Shown piece after piece: positions 47,927-58,136 of a stretch of 64,000 nucleotides of DNA. Both the position numbers and the translations under genes were made by a program. The notes under the pieces are model-generated. The model was given only the letters and a program-made list of their open reading frames with translations, searched no databases and was not told the DNA's origin. Origin of the DNA: Candidatus Anstonellales archaeon (GTDB taxonomy: Archaea; Micrarchaeota; Micrarchaeia; Anstonellales; J096); NCBI GenBank assembly GCA_038890745.1, contig JAWAFD010000003.1, forward strand, positions 12,442-76,441, in the 5' to 3' direction. Each line of letters begins with the position of its first letter. The first letter of the stretch is position 1.

Positions 47927-48700
47927 TTAAAAACGCGTGTTTTTTAGTTTTGCGTAAGCCTCCTCAACACTCGCTATTCTCCCTAGCTTCATTTTTTTGC
48001 TCAGCTGAACAATCTGGGGAGGTTCTATTCCGTATTTTTCAATATCCTTGTATAAAACATCTCTTGTTTTTCCATCAAAAATTTTCCTTCCGCTGTCCAT
48101 GAGTATTATCCGATCGCAGTTTCTGGAGATAAATTCTATATCATGGGATATCACAATTATGGTGTGGTTTCCTCTAATTTCGCTTATTAGGTTTTCCACT
48201 CTCATAATCCCGCCGGGATCCTGGCCTGTTGTTGGCTCATCGAATATTATTACTTTAGGCTGCATCGCAATTATTGAAGCAATTCCAACAAGCTTTCTAA
48301 GATTATAGCTAAAATCATATGGGTTTTTATCCCGTATCTCCCACAGCCCCATAATTTTCAAGGCCCACTCCACGTCCCCCCGCCCGACCTGCTTAACCCC
48401 AAACCTTACCTCCTCTTCTATTGTTTTGCTGAATATCTGTTCATCAGGATTCTGGAAAATGTAACCCACAAGCGATGCCATTTCGTACGGTTCTTTTTTT
48501 GAAACATCCACTCCAGCTATTATTACTTTTCCCCTTGTCGGCTTAAGGAGCGCGTTGAAGTGCTTCACAAGGGTGGTTTTTCCAGAGCCGTTCTGGCCTA
48601 TTATTCCAACTATCTCATTTTCTTTTATTCTCAGCGAAACATCTTTCACCGCAGCAACGCCGTTTTCATAAACATGACTTAGGCTATTGACCTCTATCAT
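47927..48700 (-). CDS. ecfA: ECF transporter ATPase component (EcfA2-like)
   Basis: 257 aa. Walker A GQNGSGKTTL, signature, Walker B IIFDEPTTGQD. Confidence 0.8.
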   Translation of the reverse strand: MIEVNSLSHVYENGVAAVKDVSLRIKENEIVGIIGQNGSGKTTLVKHFNALLKPTRGKVIIAGVDVSKKEPYEMASLVGYIFQNPDEQIFSKTIEEEVRFGVKQVGRGDVEWALKIMGLWEIRDKNPYDFSYNLRKLVGIASIIAMQPKVIIFDEPTTGQDPGGIMRVENLISEIRGNHTIIVISHDIEFISRNCDRIILMDSGRKIFDGKTRDVLYKDIEKYGIEPPQIVQLSKKMKLGRIASVEEAYAKLKNTRF

Positions 48701-48702
48701 CT

Positions 48703-49542
48703 TTATTCCCTCCTTTTGATTCGCCCAACAAACTCTTCAACATCGACCGCATTCCTTCCGCTCCATTTTCCCGCTTTCTTCATCTTTTCGCTCAGCTCAG
48801 TAATCGGCAATGGAATCATTCCATTTTTTTTCAGAAACTCTGCATCAGCAAGAATATCTTTCGGTTTTCCCTCTCTTAAAATTTTTCCGTCGCGCATGAC
48901 AACGACCCTATCTGCTCTTTTTGCTATCTCCTTGAATTTGTGCGAAACAAATATTGTTGTAATATTCCGTTCTTTCCTTAGTTTATCTATTGTTTCCAGC
49001 ACCATTCTTGTTCCGTATGGGTCGAGATGGCCTGTTGGTTCATCCAGTATGAGTACTTTTGGCTTGAGCACTAGCACAGAGGCAAGCGCAACCTTCTGCT
49101 GCTGCCCTCCGCTCAGCTCGTAAGGAGAGTGTGTTCTCATTTTCCAAAGCCCAAGGGTCTTAAGCGCCTCCTCCACCCTTTTCTTCATTTCTTCCCTTTC
49201 AACTCCTCTGTTTTCCAGCCCAAAAGCAACCTCCTCCTCTACGCTCGTTCCGTATCCTGTGAGCTGGGCGAGCGGGTTTTGGAAGACATACGCAACATGC
49301 TCGGCAAGCTTGGCTGGTTTTGCCCTTCTCGCATTTATTCCGCAAACCATTACTTTCCCTTTCTGCCTGCATGGAAGCATGCGTGGGTATATCCCTATTA
49401 TTGAATAGCAAAGCTCTGTTTTCCCACTTCCCGTAGGCCCAGTTATGGCTACAAATTCCCCTTCCCTTACAGAAAGGCTTATGTTATCAAGAATTTTTTT
49501 GCCACCGGCCCACAAAGAATAATTCTCTATTTTTATTATCAT
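48703..49542 (-). CDS. ecfA: ECF transporter ATPase component (EcfA1-like)
   Basis: 279 aa. GPTGSGKTE, LSGGQQQKVALA, LILDEPTGHLD. Confidence 0.8.
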   Translation of the reverse strand: MIIKIENYSLWAGGKKILDNISLSVREGEFVAITGPTGSGKTELCYSIIGIYPRMLPCRQKGKVMVCGINARRAKPAKLAEHVAYVFQNPLAQLTGYGTSVEEEVAFGLENRGVEREEMKKRVEEALKTLGLWKMRTHSPYELSGGQQQKVALASVLVLKPKVLILDEPTGHLDPYGTRMVLETIDKLRKERNITTIFVSHKFKEIAKRADRVVVMRDGKILREGKPKDILADAEFLKKNGMIPLPITELSEKMKKAGKWSGRNAVDVEEFVGRIKRRE

Positions 49543-50318
49543 ACTGCCATCACCATAAGGGAGATGTTCAGAATAACAGAAACCGCAAGGGCCAGCTTAT
49601 CGCTCATTCTGAAATCAACAACATGATAGTGCGTTTTCTTTCCTTCTATGCTAAGCCCTCTTACCTCGAATGCAATCGCCCTTTCAAATGTTTCCACAAC
49701 ACTTCCGATTATTACCGGCCCGAGAAGCGGGATGTATGCTTTAAATCTATCCCCCAGGCTCCCCTTTATCCTCAACCCCCTCGCCATCTGCGCCTCAAGC
49801 ACCTTATTCGCTTTTGTATACATTAACGGAATTATCTGCAAGCCCGCATTCAGGAAAAAACCAAGTTTATAAGGCATTCCGAATTCTGCGAACGCAGCTG
49901 AAAGCTTCGCCGGGTTGGTTGTGAAAATAAAAAGAAAGAATGAGGAAACAAGAGCGCATATTTTGGAGAGCATCAAAAAACTGAATTCGATTCCCTGAAC
50001 ATATAATTTAATGCCGAAAAGTTCTATAGTTTCTTCTCCGCCCAGTGGAGCGAAGTATGCGTGCATGATCAGCAAACTTATTCCTATAGGAACTATGAAC
50101 ACAAGAAGGCTTTTGAAAAAAATGCCCCCAACCCTTCCTGCAAAAGCAAATACGATCATGAAAGCAAAAAATAAAAGCGGAACAAAAGGAGTCTTTGAAA
50201 CAAAGAAAAGAACAAAAGCAAAAAAAAGCCAGACTATCTTAACGCCGGGATGCATGCGGTGGATTGAGGTTTCCTTCTCCACAAAGCTTGCAAAAACAAC
50301 CATAAAAATCAAAAACAA
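49539..50318 (-). CDS. ecfT: ECF transporter transmembrane component EcfT (CbiQ family)
   Basis: 259 aa, 5-6 TM helices. LEAQMARGL / conserved Ala-Arg-Gly coupling motif. 4-nt overlap with the ATPase gene. Confidence 0.7.
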   Translation of the reverse strand: MFLIFMVVFASFVEKETSIHRMHPGVKIVWLFFAFVLFFVSKTPFVPLLFFAFMIVFAFAGRVGGIFFKSLLVFIVPIGISLLIMHAYFAPLGGEETIELFGIKLYVQGIEFSFLMLSKICALVSSFFLFIFTTNPAKLSAAFAEFGMPYKLGFFLNAGLQIIPLMYTKANKVLEAQMARGLRIKGSLGDRFKAYIPLLGPVIIGSVVETFERAIAFEVRGLSIEGKKTHYHVVDFRMSDKLALAVSVILNISLMVMAV

Positions 50319-50330
50319 AAAGAAGAGAAT

Positions 50331-50927
50331 TTATTGTATGTATTTTTTGGGCATTGAGTTCGCTATCCAAAGTATGATATACAGGCTAAGTATCTTGTCT
50401 ATGAAATCAGTCACGAACTCTCCTAGGGCAACCGCAATCCAAAGCATTAAAGCATTCCCGTGTACCTCAGCACCCTGGAACCCCAAATACACATACGCAA
50501 CAGCATCTGCTCCTGAACCAGTAACTCCTCCAAACAGCATTACTGTTATTGGCACTGAGAGAACAGTAGCGACTATTGCTATCAAAAACCCAGCAAAAGC
50601 TATCTTTTTCCAGTCGCTTTTGAGCGTAATAAAACCTGTTCTGTACAGATATCCGGTCACGAGACCTATTGCAATGTTTACTATTGCGTATGGACCTGCT
50701 ACCGGGTCAAACGTAACCCATTTGATTAAATTCGTCAGCCCTCCAGCAACAGCAGCAGCCCAGGGGCCCACGAGCACAGCAACAAGCATCGTCCCTATCG
50801 TATCCAGCCATACTGGCAATTTCAGTGTTGCCGCAAACCATCCACCAACCCAGTTTACACCTATTGCAAGGATGATCAGCGCTATTCCAAAAACGCTGAA
50901 CTCCTCCAATACTCCTTTTCCCTTCAT
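50331..50927 (-). CDS. ECF transporter substrate-capture S component (specificity unknown)
   Basis: 198 aa, 5-6 TM helices, first gene of the ecfS-ecfT-ecfA-ecfA' operon. Overlaps the upstream nucleoside phosphorylase gene by 4 nt. Confidence 0.55.
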   Translation of the reverse strand: MKGKGVLEEFSVFGIALIILAIGVNWVGGWFAATLKLPVWLDTIGTMLVAVLVGPWAAAVAGGLTNLIKWVTFDPVAGPYAIVNIAIGLVTGYLYRTGFITLKSDWKKIAFAGFLIAIVATVLSVPITVMLFGGVTGSGADAVAYVYLGFQGAEVHGNALMLWIAVALGEFVTDFIDKILSLYIILWIANSMPKKYIQ

Positions 50928-51688
50928 TCTATCCCCTCCTCATAATTTTTTATGATTTTTACCGCATCAAGGGCGGTTTTTATCTCTCTTTTTTCACCTT
51001 CCATTCTTCTTTTTTCATGGTGAGCATAAGCATCTACGCCCCTTCTCACATCCACCATAAATTCATCAACAATATTCAACACGGAGCCAGCCTTAATTCC
51101 TTTTAGTTTTGATAGCACGAATAGAACAGATGTTTCCATATCGCTTGCTATCACCCCATACCTGCTCCAGTATTTCTGCCACTCTTTGTTGTACGGAACA
51201 TAAAAGGAATCATGGCTTCTGATTATTCCAGAGTGGAATCTTACTTTGTTTTTTTTCGCAGCCGCAACCAAAGCAGAATAAACCTCATAATCCGGAATGG
51301 CAGGGTAGTTTTCGTCAACATACAAAGAAGAGGTTCCCTCCTCCCTCACAGCTCCTTCTGGAATCACCAGTTCCCCAACCCTCATTTTATTCTGCAGTGC
51401 TCCGCACGAGCCGACCCTTATCAGCACCTTTGCCCCTATACTTGCAAGCTCTTCAACAACAATCGCCATCGCTGGCGCGCCTATTCCTGTTGAAACCGCG
51501 CTTACCTTTATCCCATCATAATAGCCAGTGATTGTTTTGAACTCTCTATTGTATTTTACAAGTTCTGCATTTTTTAAAAATTTAGATATAACATCAACCC
51601 TTCCAGGGTCTCCTGGGAGAAGAACAAAATCTCCTACATCCCTCCTTCTCAACTGCAAATGAGGCGTCAGCACATAGGAATATATCAA
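50924..51688 (-). CDS. Nucleoside phosphorylase, PNP/UDP family 1 (uridine or purine nucleoside phosphorylase)
   Basis: 254 aa. LLPGDPGR, STGIGAPAMAIVVEEL, GSCGAL, SDMETS motifs. Confidence 0.75.
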   Translation of the reverse strand: MIYSYVLTPHLQLRRRDVGDFVLLPGDPGRVDVISKFLKNAELVKYNREFKTITGYYDGIKVSAVSTGIGAPAMAIVVEELASIGAKVLIRVGSCGALQNKMRVGELVIPEGAVREEGTSSLYVDENYPAIPDYEVYSALVAAAKKNKVRFHSGIIRSHDSFYVPYNKEWQKYWSRYGVIASDMETSVLFVLSKLKGIKAGSVLNIVDEFMVDVRRGVDAYAHHEKRRMEGEKREIKTALDAVKIIKNYEEGIE

Positions 51689-51722
51689 TAGAGTTTTAAA
51701 TGTTTTCCCATGCTAACTTTTC

Positions 51723-53003
51723 ATGCTTCTAATAAAAAATGTTCTCATTGTAACGCAGAACGCAAAAAGGGAAATCCTCCGTGGAAATATCCTGATAGAG
51801 GGGAACAAAATAAAATCTGTCGGAAGCGCGAAGAAATTAGAGGGAGCGAGGGAAGTAATAGATGGTCAGAATTTAGTTGCGATTCCTGGCTTCATAAACA
51901 CAAGCACCCACATCCCCATGACGTTTTTTAGAGGGTATGGTGGTGGGCTTCCGTTGCAGGAATGGCTTGAAAAGAAGATCTGGCCTGCTGAAAGGAAGCT
52001 CACAAATGAGGATCTGTACTGGGGGGCCATGCTTGGAATAGCAGAAAGCTTGCATTCTGGAATCACAACATTTCTTGATATGTACATCAAGGACATCAAT
52101 TACATCGGAAAAGCCATAGAGCATTCCGGAATAAGAGGGTTTATTTCTCTTGGAATGATGGATGTTGGAGGAATAAGCGGGGGCATAAGCGAGCAGCTAA
52201 AAAAAACAGAAGAGGTAAGAAGAAGATGGGAAAAAAGCGAACGCGTCAGCGTTGCTGTAGCATGCCACGCGCCTTACACATGCAGCGCAGAACTCATTAA
52301 AGAAGCAAAGAACTACGCAAACAAACATGGGCTGGTGTTCCACATCCATGCCGCTGAAACAAGAAAAGAGGTTTTTGATATCTTGAAAGAAAATAAAATG
52401 CGAGTTATAGAATACCTAGATTCACTCGGTGTTCTTGATGATAAAACAATTCTGGCGCATGCATCCTGGGTGACAAAAAGAGAGATAGGGATTGTTGCAA
52501 AGAGGGGGGCGCATGTAAGCGCAAACACCATCTCAAACCTGAAGCTTGCAACAGGAGGGATCTGCCCTCTTTTGGAATACAAAAACGCAGGCGCGAATGT
52601 TACGCTTGCTACGGACGGCGCATCAAGCAACAATTCCCTCAACATGTTTGAAACAATGAAGGTCTCTTCCCTTCTGCAGAAACATTCGCACTGGGATGCA
52701 AAGGCGATAAGCGCTCAGGATGCTTTGGATTTTGCGACCATCAATGGTGCGAAAGCACTCGGGATAAATGCAGGGAGCATAGAGGAGGGAAAGCTTGCGG
52801 ACATCGTTCTGCTGAAACTTGATTCAAACCTAATCCCTATTCACGATATAGTGGATAACATTGTTTATGCTGGCAATCCTTCAAATGTTGCGTATGTGAT
52901 TGTTGATGGAAGGGTTGTTCTTAGAAATGGAAGGCTTACTTTTTTTGATGAGAATGAGGCAAAAAAGCAGGTCCAGATTCGGGCTGAAAGGTTGTGTAGA
53001 TGA
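51723..53003 (+). CDS. mtaD: Amidohydrolase-family deaminase (5'-methylthioadenosine/S-adenosylhomocysteine deaminase MtaD-like)
   Basis: 426 aa. N-terminal IKNVLIVTQNA...ILIEGNKI, PGFINTSTHIPMTFFRG (HxH metal site), HIHAAET, ATDGASSNNSL. Chlorohydrolase/MtaD subfamily pattern. Confidence 0.65.
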   Translation: MLLIKNVLIVTQNAKREILRGNILIEGNKIKSVGSAKKLEGAREVIDGQNLVAIPGFINTSTHIPMTFFRGYGGGLPLQEWLEKKIWPAERKLTNEDLYWGAMLGIAESLHSGITTFLDMYIKDINYIGKAIEHSGIRGFISLGMMDVGGISGGISEQLKKTEEVRRRWEKSERVSVAVACHAPYTCSAELIKEAKNYANKHGLVFHIHAAETRKEVFDILKENKMRVIEYLDSLGVLDDKTILAHASWVTKREIGIVAKRGAHVSANTISNLKLATGGICPLLEYKNAGANVTLATDGASSNNSLNMFETMKVSSLLQKHSHWDAKAISAQDALDFATINGAKALGINAGSIEEGKLADIVLLKLDSNLIPIHDIVDNIVYAGNPSNVAYVIVDGRVVLRNGRLTFFDENEAKKQVQIRAERLCR

Positions 53004-53746
53004 TAGAGATAGATGAGGCGAAGGTTCTCAGCTGGTTTTTAAAACCTGAAAAAATTTCAAACAGAATAAAATTTTCTAATTTTAGGATAGATAGCAACAA
53101 AGAGGTTATGCTGTTTGATGAGAAGAAAAACACAACAGACAACCTTACGCAAAAATTGGGCGTTAAAGGAAAGATGTTCCTTTCGCATGAAGAGGAGGAG
53201 CGAGCCTCTGTTTTCTTTTTTCAGGAGGGGGAGGACGCATGCAAGCGTATTGATTTCTTTTTTCCGAAGGAAGGTGGAATGGCCATGGATGTTGCTGACT
53301 ATTCCTTGGGTTTCAAGCTTTCAAAAAATTTTTCAGCGCACGCAAAAGAAAGATCGATGATAGTTGTTGATACAGAAAACAAAAAATACATATTCATAAA
53401 TTCGCGCGGGGAGAGCTATTCCTCTGATATTGAGATAGAAAAGAATGCGTTTTGTTTTGTGATGGATGAGAACCGCGCAGCGATCGTGGATAGGAAACGA
53501 CTTTACGTAATAGTAGGTGGAAGCAGAGGAATGTACGACCTGGCAGATGTGGAGAAAGAAAATGGCTATCCGCTCTCAAAACCGGTATTTGGAGTAGGTG
53601 AGGCAGAGGGGTTTGAGTGGTTTGCATTAAGCGATGAGAGATGGAATTCTGCATGCATCCTTGTTTCAGTTGGGGATAGAGAAACCCTTGGGTTTATGAT
53701 TTATGAATTCAAAAATAAAAAGTTCATTCCGGGAGATGTGAAATAA
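53000..53746 (+). CDS. Hypothetical protein
   Basis: 248 aa, translationally coupled to the deaminase (4-nt overlap). No recognisable motif. Confidence 0.4.
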   Translation: MIEIDEAKVLSWFLKPEKISNRIKFSNFRIDSNKEVMLFDEKKNTTDNLTQKLGVKGKMFLSHEEEERASVFFFQEGEDACKRIDFFFPKEGGMAMDVADYSLGFKLSKNFSAHAKERSMIVVDTENKKYIFINSRGESYSSDIEIEKNAFCFVMDENRAAIVDRKRLYVIVGGSRGMYDLADVEKENGYPLSKPVFGVGEAEGFEWFALSDERWNSACILVSVGDRETLGFMIYEFKNKKFIPGDVK

Positions 53747-54050
53747 TTTTTTTTGGTTCAACAACAGTTATTGTTATATCGCCCCGGCTTACATAATAAA
53801 CATCTTTTCCTTTTTCCGGTTTTGCATACACGCCAGTAAGCCAGTAGAATTCTGCATGCATCCTTGTTTCAGTTGGGGATAGAGAAACCCTTGGGTTTAT
53901 GATTTATGAATTCAAAAATAAAAAGTTCATTCCGGGAGATGTGAAATAATTTTTTTTGGTTCAACAACAGTTATTGTTATATCGCCCCGGCTTACATAAT
54001 AAACATCTTTTCCTTTTTCCGGTTTTGCATACACGCCAGTAAGCCAGTAG
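53645..54050. repeat. Perfect ~203-bp tandem direct duplication spanning the convergent 3' ends of CDS 53000..53746 and surE
   Basis: gaattctgcatgcatccttgtttcagttggggatagag...ccagtaagccagtag occurs at 53645-53847 and again at 53848-54050 with no mismatches seen. Confidence 0.85.
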
Positions 54051-54661
54051 TAAGGGGTTCCGTCTGGGTCTATTCTTTTCACGATCCTTGGGTTTAACCT
54101 ATGCGGCTGTGGCTTTGCAAAAACGATCCTCGTTTTCCTTGTGAACCTTTCAGGCAGATTAACATTCAACACCATGCCTTTTTTTACCCTATAATTTTTG
54201 ATTATCCTTTTTATCCACTCTGCCATTACCTCCCTGTCCTTCCATTTCCAGTCTGGCTCTTTCCAATGGCCTTTTTTAACCCTTGAAAATGCCATTGCAG
54301 GAATGCCGAAAAGAGCTGCCTCAATCGCACCGCCAACAGTTCCAGAAGAGAATATGGAATGCAAACTTGTGTTATCCCCTAGGTTCACCCCGGATATGAC
54401 AAGATCCAATTTTTTCAATCCGTATTTTCCGATCGCAAAATAAACACAATCAGCAGGGGTTCCGTTTATCACATATACATTCTTTGCTATCCTGTTTACC
54501 CTCGCCGGTTTATGGAATGTCATGGATTTGCTAACTGCACTGCTCTGTCTCTCCGGAAAAATCCCAACAACCTCTTCATCAAACTCCTTTGCAACATCCA
54601 TTAGTGTTTTTGCTGATTCCGTATACCCATCATCATTCGTTACCAGTATCATATCTTTCAC
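53927..54661 (-). CDS. surE: 5'/3'-nucleotidase SurE
   Basis: 244 aa. ILVTNDDG N-terminus, GTPADCV, SGVNLGDN motifs. Confidence 0.85.
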   Translation of the reverse strand: MKDMILVTNDDGYTESAKTLMDVAKEFDEEVVGIFPERQSSAVSKSMTFHKPARVNRIAKNVYVINGTPADCVYFAIGKYGLKKLDLVISGVNLGDNTSLHSIFSSGTVGGAIEAALFGIPAMAFSRVKKGHWKEPDWKWKDREVMAEWIKRIIKNYRVKKGMVLNVNLPERFTRKTRIVFAKPQPHRLNPRIVKRIDPDGTPYYWLTGVYAKPEKGKDVYYVSRGDITITVVEPKKIISHLPE

Positions 54662-54665
54662 TCTA

Positions 54666-55946
54666 TTAGGGGTATATTCTCATCCTGTCCCTTGGGAACA
54701 GCATTGCCTCCCTTATGTTTTTCATCCCGGTTATCGTCATCGTAAGCCTCTCAAGGCCGAAGCTCCAGCCTGCGTGCGGAGGAGCGCCATACCTGAAAGC
54801 ATCTATATAAAATTCAAAATCCAACGGGTCCAGCCCCCTTTTCCTTATCTGTTTTTCTAGCAGTTCGGGGATGTGGATTCGCTGAGCACCGCTCGCTATC
54901 TCTATCCCCCTGTACATTAAATCATAAGCTCTGCATATTTCTTCGTTATCTTCATAAGGCATGGAATAGAAAGCCCTGACCTTTGTGGGCCAGTCCTTTA
55001 TCACAAATGCCTCTTCCCCAAGGAGCTCATAAAGCTTTTTCTCAGCCTCCTTTGAGAAATCCTCTCCCCATTCCATCCTGTGTTTGTTCTCATTTAAAAG
55101 CTCAACAAGTTCGGTGTAGGTGTATATGTTTACTTTTTTTATCTCTTTAAATTCCTTGTTTAGGATGCTTACGTCTTCTTTGTCTATTCTTTTTAGCATC
55201 TCCTTGAAAACATGTATCAACATCTCTATTGCTTCTTTATCGGTATAGAATGCTGCCTCTATATCCATCTGTATTATCTCGTTCAAATGGGTTGTGGTGT
55301 TATGTTTTTCTGCCCTAAAGACCGGAGTTGTGATAAAAACCTTTTCCAATCCGCCGATTACTGCAAGCTGTTTATATATCTGCGGGCTCTGGGCGAGGTA
55401 TGCTTTCTGCTCAAAATATTGTATGGGAAAAACATCAGCCCCTCCTTCGCTAGCCGCGGCTATTATGACAGATGGATGGATTTCAATAAACCCTTTCTCC
55501 AAAAGTGCATTCCTAAAAGCATTTACAATCTGGGATTTTATTCTGAATATTGTTTCAACATTTTTCTTTCTTAAGTCTATGAATCTATAGTTTAACCTTG
55601 TGTCGAGCTCGCTGTCCACTACCCCTGTTGGGTCAACGGGAAGCTTTTTTGTAACCTTTCCAAGAAGCTTAAATTTTTTAGGAACGATCTCCACCCCATC
55701 CGGTGCAATCTTGTTCTCAACAACCTCACCCTGCACACAAACAACATCCTCTTTATTCACATCCATCGCATTCAAAACTTCCTCGCTCACCTTTCCCTGC
55801 TTTGCAGTAATCTGAATCATTCCAGTCCAATCCCTGAGTAAAACAAACTTAAGCCTTCCAAGGTTTCTTACCTCATGAACCCATCCGCATACGCTTACTT
55901 CGCCCTTCTTTTCCTTCGCCTCTGCAACCGTGTGTTCTTTAAGCAT
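54666..55946 (-). CDS. aspS: Aspartyl-tRNA synthetase (archaeal-type class IIb)
   Basis: 426 aa. N-terminal OB fold (VCGWVHEVRNLGRLKFVLLRD). Motif 2 FRAEKHNTTTHLNE. Motif 3 GAPPHAGWSFGLERL. Closest to the archaeal AspRS pattern. Confidence 0.8.
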   Translation of the reverse strand: MLKEHTVAEAKEKKGEVSVCGWVHEVRNLGRLKFVLLRDWTGMIQITAKQGKVSEEVLNAMDVNKEDVVCVQGEVVENKIAPDGVEIVPKKFKLLGKVTKKLPVDPTGVVDSELDTRLNYRFIDLRKKNVETIFRIKSQIVNAFRNALLEKGFIEIHPSVIIAAASEGGADVFPIQYFEQKAYLAQSPQIYKQLAVIGGLEKVFITTPVFRAEKHNTTTHLNEIIQMDIEAAFYTDKEAIEMLIHVFKEMLKRIDKEDVSILNKEFKEIKKVNIYTYTELVELLNENKHRMEWGEDFSKEAEKKLYELLGEEAFVIKDWPTKVRAFYSMPYEDNEEICRAYDLMYRGIEIASGAQRIHIPELLEKQIRKRGLDPLDFEFYIDAFRYGAPPHAGWSFGLERLTMTITGMKNIREAMLFPRDRMRIYP

Positions 55947-55988
55947 GAGGAAGGATGAGAAGAAAGTATTTTTAAATGCTTATAATAG

Positions 55989-56831
55989 TTATCCGCGCCT
56001 CCTCTGTTTATGTTTTGTTCCTTTGAATCCCGTAGGATAAAGATAATAAAAATTGGTCTGGTTTCTCTCTTTTAACTCATCTTTTATTCGTTGCTCAATT
56101 CTGTAAAGAACCTCTTTTCTATTATTCTTATCCCTATCTTCCCATCTATTCATTATTACTCTAGCGTACTGTGATTTTTTTCCTATTTCAAAAAGTGCAT
56201 CCTCAAACAATGGATCCTCCAGCACATGGAATATAAGAGGCCGGACTATTTCCCCAACGCGCCCCCTATTCTCTTTTTCAACATTTTCATAAATACCTAA
56301 GATAGTTCTTAATATGGTTTTCCTAAGGATGGTTCTTTCAATATCATTTTTCTCATCCACTATCCTATCTCTAATATAATATATTGCTTTGCAGAATATG
56401 GAGGGGTTTTTGCTTATAATCTCTTTAATGATTTCAAAGGGCTCTTCCCCAGTGTTTCTGAAAATTTTTTTACATACACACCTCAATATAACCTCGCTGT
56501 TTGTTTCGTTAGTGGCCAGACTTATGAGGATATACTTCGCATTTTCCCTTCTAACAGAATCCAGTTTTTCATCCTTTTCATAAAAACACAGTCCTTTTGC
56601 TAGTTTATCAAAAACACCCAAACTTATCTTAGTTAGTTTTGTAAAAATTTCAAGAAGTGGCTTCTGGTTATAAGTCTTCCCCATTATCTCAGGATTGGTC
56701 AGAACCTCTGCTATCAGATGCGGGTATTTTCTATTCCTACCAGCTATTCTCAATATTTCTTTCTTGTACTCATCATACGGAAGGCCTGAGGCAATGATAA
56801 AAATATCACTTTTGGTTACTTTACCCACCAT
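55989..56831 (-). CDS. Hypothetical alpha-helical protein
   Basis: 280 aa, basic C-terminus, no recognisable motif. Confidence 0.35.
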   Translation of the reverse strand: MVGKVTKSDIFIIASGLPYDEYKKEILRIAGRNRKYPHLIAEVLTNPEIMGKTYNQKPLLEIFTKLTKISLGVFDKLAKGLCFYEKDEKLDSVRRENAKYILISLATNETNSEVILRCVCKKIFRNTGEEPFEIIKEIISKNPSIFCKAIYYIRDRIVDEKNDIERTILRKTILRTILGIYENVEKENRGRVGEIVRPLIFHVLEDPLFEDALFEIGKKSQYARVIMNRWEDRDKNNRKEVLYRIEQRIKDELKERNQTNFYYLYPTGFKGTKHKQRRRG

Positions 56832-56857
56832 ACTATAATTTGTTATGCAAAAAGAAT

Positions 56858-57640
56858 TTAAATGGTTTGTCTTAGCAAAATTATGCTCAGGGCCATTACA
56901 ACCATCCCAAGCACAATTCCGAAAATTTCTATCTCCTCTGCCCTTCTTCTCATGGCGCGCGGGATTATCTCGTCAAAGGATACAAAAACCATAACTCCGG
57001 CAACGCAAGCAAGGGAAAGATTAAGGATGTATGGGGTCAAAAAAGGATAGAGAAAAACAAACCCAAGAATCGCCCCCAAAGGTTCTGCAAAGCCCGAGAG
57101 CGCAGAAATTATAAAAGCCTTTTTCCTGCTGCCTGTTGCATGAAATATGGGAACAGAAACAGCGATTCCCTCCGGGATATTATGAATCGCGATTGCGATA
57201 GCTAATGGTATGGCAATGGCGGTCTCTTTTGCAGAGGTTAGGAATACGGCAAGCCCCTCTGGAATGTTATGCAATGCTAAACCAATAGCAACAACCATGC
57301 CTGTTTTTAGAAGCATTCTTTTTTTCCAAAGCCCTTCGTTGCACATTATCCCCTCAAAATGCTGATGGGGTAGGAACCGCTCAACAAAAAATGCGAGGGC
57401 AATTCCAAAGAAGAACGCAACATTAGCGGTCATAAGACCTATCTCCTGCACAGCTCCATTAAGGATCTCTGCAAATGAGATGTATATCATGGCCCCGGCT
57501 GAGAAACCCATGTAGAAAGGCAGATATTCTCCGGTGCATCCTTTTCTGCAGAAAACCACGCACGCCCCAAGCGCTGTTGATAAGCCAGCAAGAAAAGACA
57601 AAATAATTCCAAAATGAGCAGCATCCATGAAGGATTTCAC
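56858..57640 (-). CDS. zupT: ZIP-family divalent metal (zinc) transporter ZupT-like
   Basis: 260 aa, 8 TM helices. Duplicated HNIPEG metal-binding motifs. Confidence 0.8.
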   Translation of the reverse strand: MKSFMDAAHFGIILSFLAGLSTALGACVVFCRKGCTGEYLPFYMGFSAGAMIYISFAEILNGAVQEIGLMTANVAFFFGIALAFFVERFLPHQHFEGIMCNEGLWKKRMLLKTGMVVAIGLALHNIPEGLAVFLTSAKETAIAIPLAIAIAIHNIPEGIAVSVPIFHATGSRKKAFIISALSGFAEPLGAILGFVFLYPFLTPYILNLSLACVAGVMVFVSFDEIIPRAMRRRAEEIEIFGIVLGMVVMALSIILLRQTI

Positions 57641-58122
57641 CTTTTATACCCAAGCTTCCTCAAAAACTCTTTCCTCTCCTTTTTATCCTCTTCTTTTTCA
57701 ACCCCAGCAGGTTTCCCACCATCTATTACCCCCAAAATCCCTCTTCCTTCCTTTGTTTCCGCGACTATTACCTGCAAAGGGTTTGCTGTTGCAGCGTATA
57801 TGCTGCAGACCTCGCTCACGTTTTTTATTCTGTTCAAAACATTTACCGGAAATCCGTTCTTTAAGAAAACAATGAAACTATGCCCGGCGCCTATTTTCAG
57901 GGCTTCTTTTTCTGCATGCTTGACCAACTCCTCATCGTTTCCATCGCTCCTTATCAGTTTTTTTCCGCTCGATTCGCAGAATGCAATCCCAAATTTTATT
58001 CCGATTCCACTCTCTCCAATCGTTTCGTACACATCCTCAACTGTTTTTATGAAATGGCTCTGCCCTAAAATCACATTGCACCCTTCTGGAATTTTTATCT
58101 CCACAACCTTTATCTCAACCAT
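57637..58122 (-). CDS. Conserved hypothetical protein (possibly adenosine-specific-kinase-like fold)
   Basis: 161 aa. No confident motif. Family assignment from memory only. Confidence 0.3.
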   Translation of the reverse strand: MVEIKVVEIKIPEGCNVILGQSHFIKTVEDVYETIGESGIGIKFGIAFCESSGKKLIRSDGNDEELVKHAEKEALKIGAGHSFIVFLKNGFPVNVLNRIKNVSEVCSIYAATANPLQVIVAETKEGRGILGVIDGGKPAGVEKEEDKKERKEFLRKLGYKR

Positions 58123-58136
58123 CCTCTCACCCCATT

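Noticed and set aside
50011-50955. 314-aa plus-strand ORF antisense to ecfT/ecfS
   Set aside because: Thr/Pro/Ser-rich low-complexity antisense of hydrophobic membrane-protein codons.
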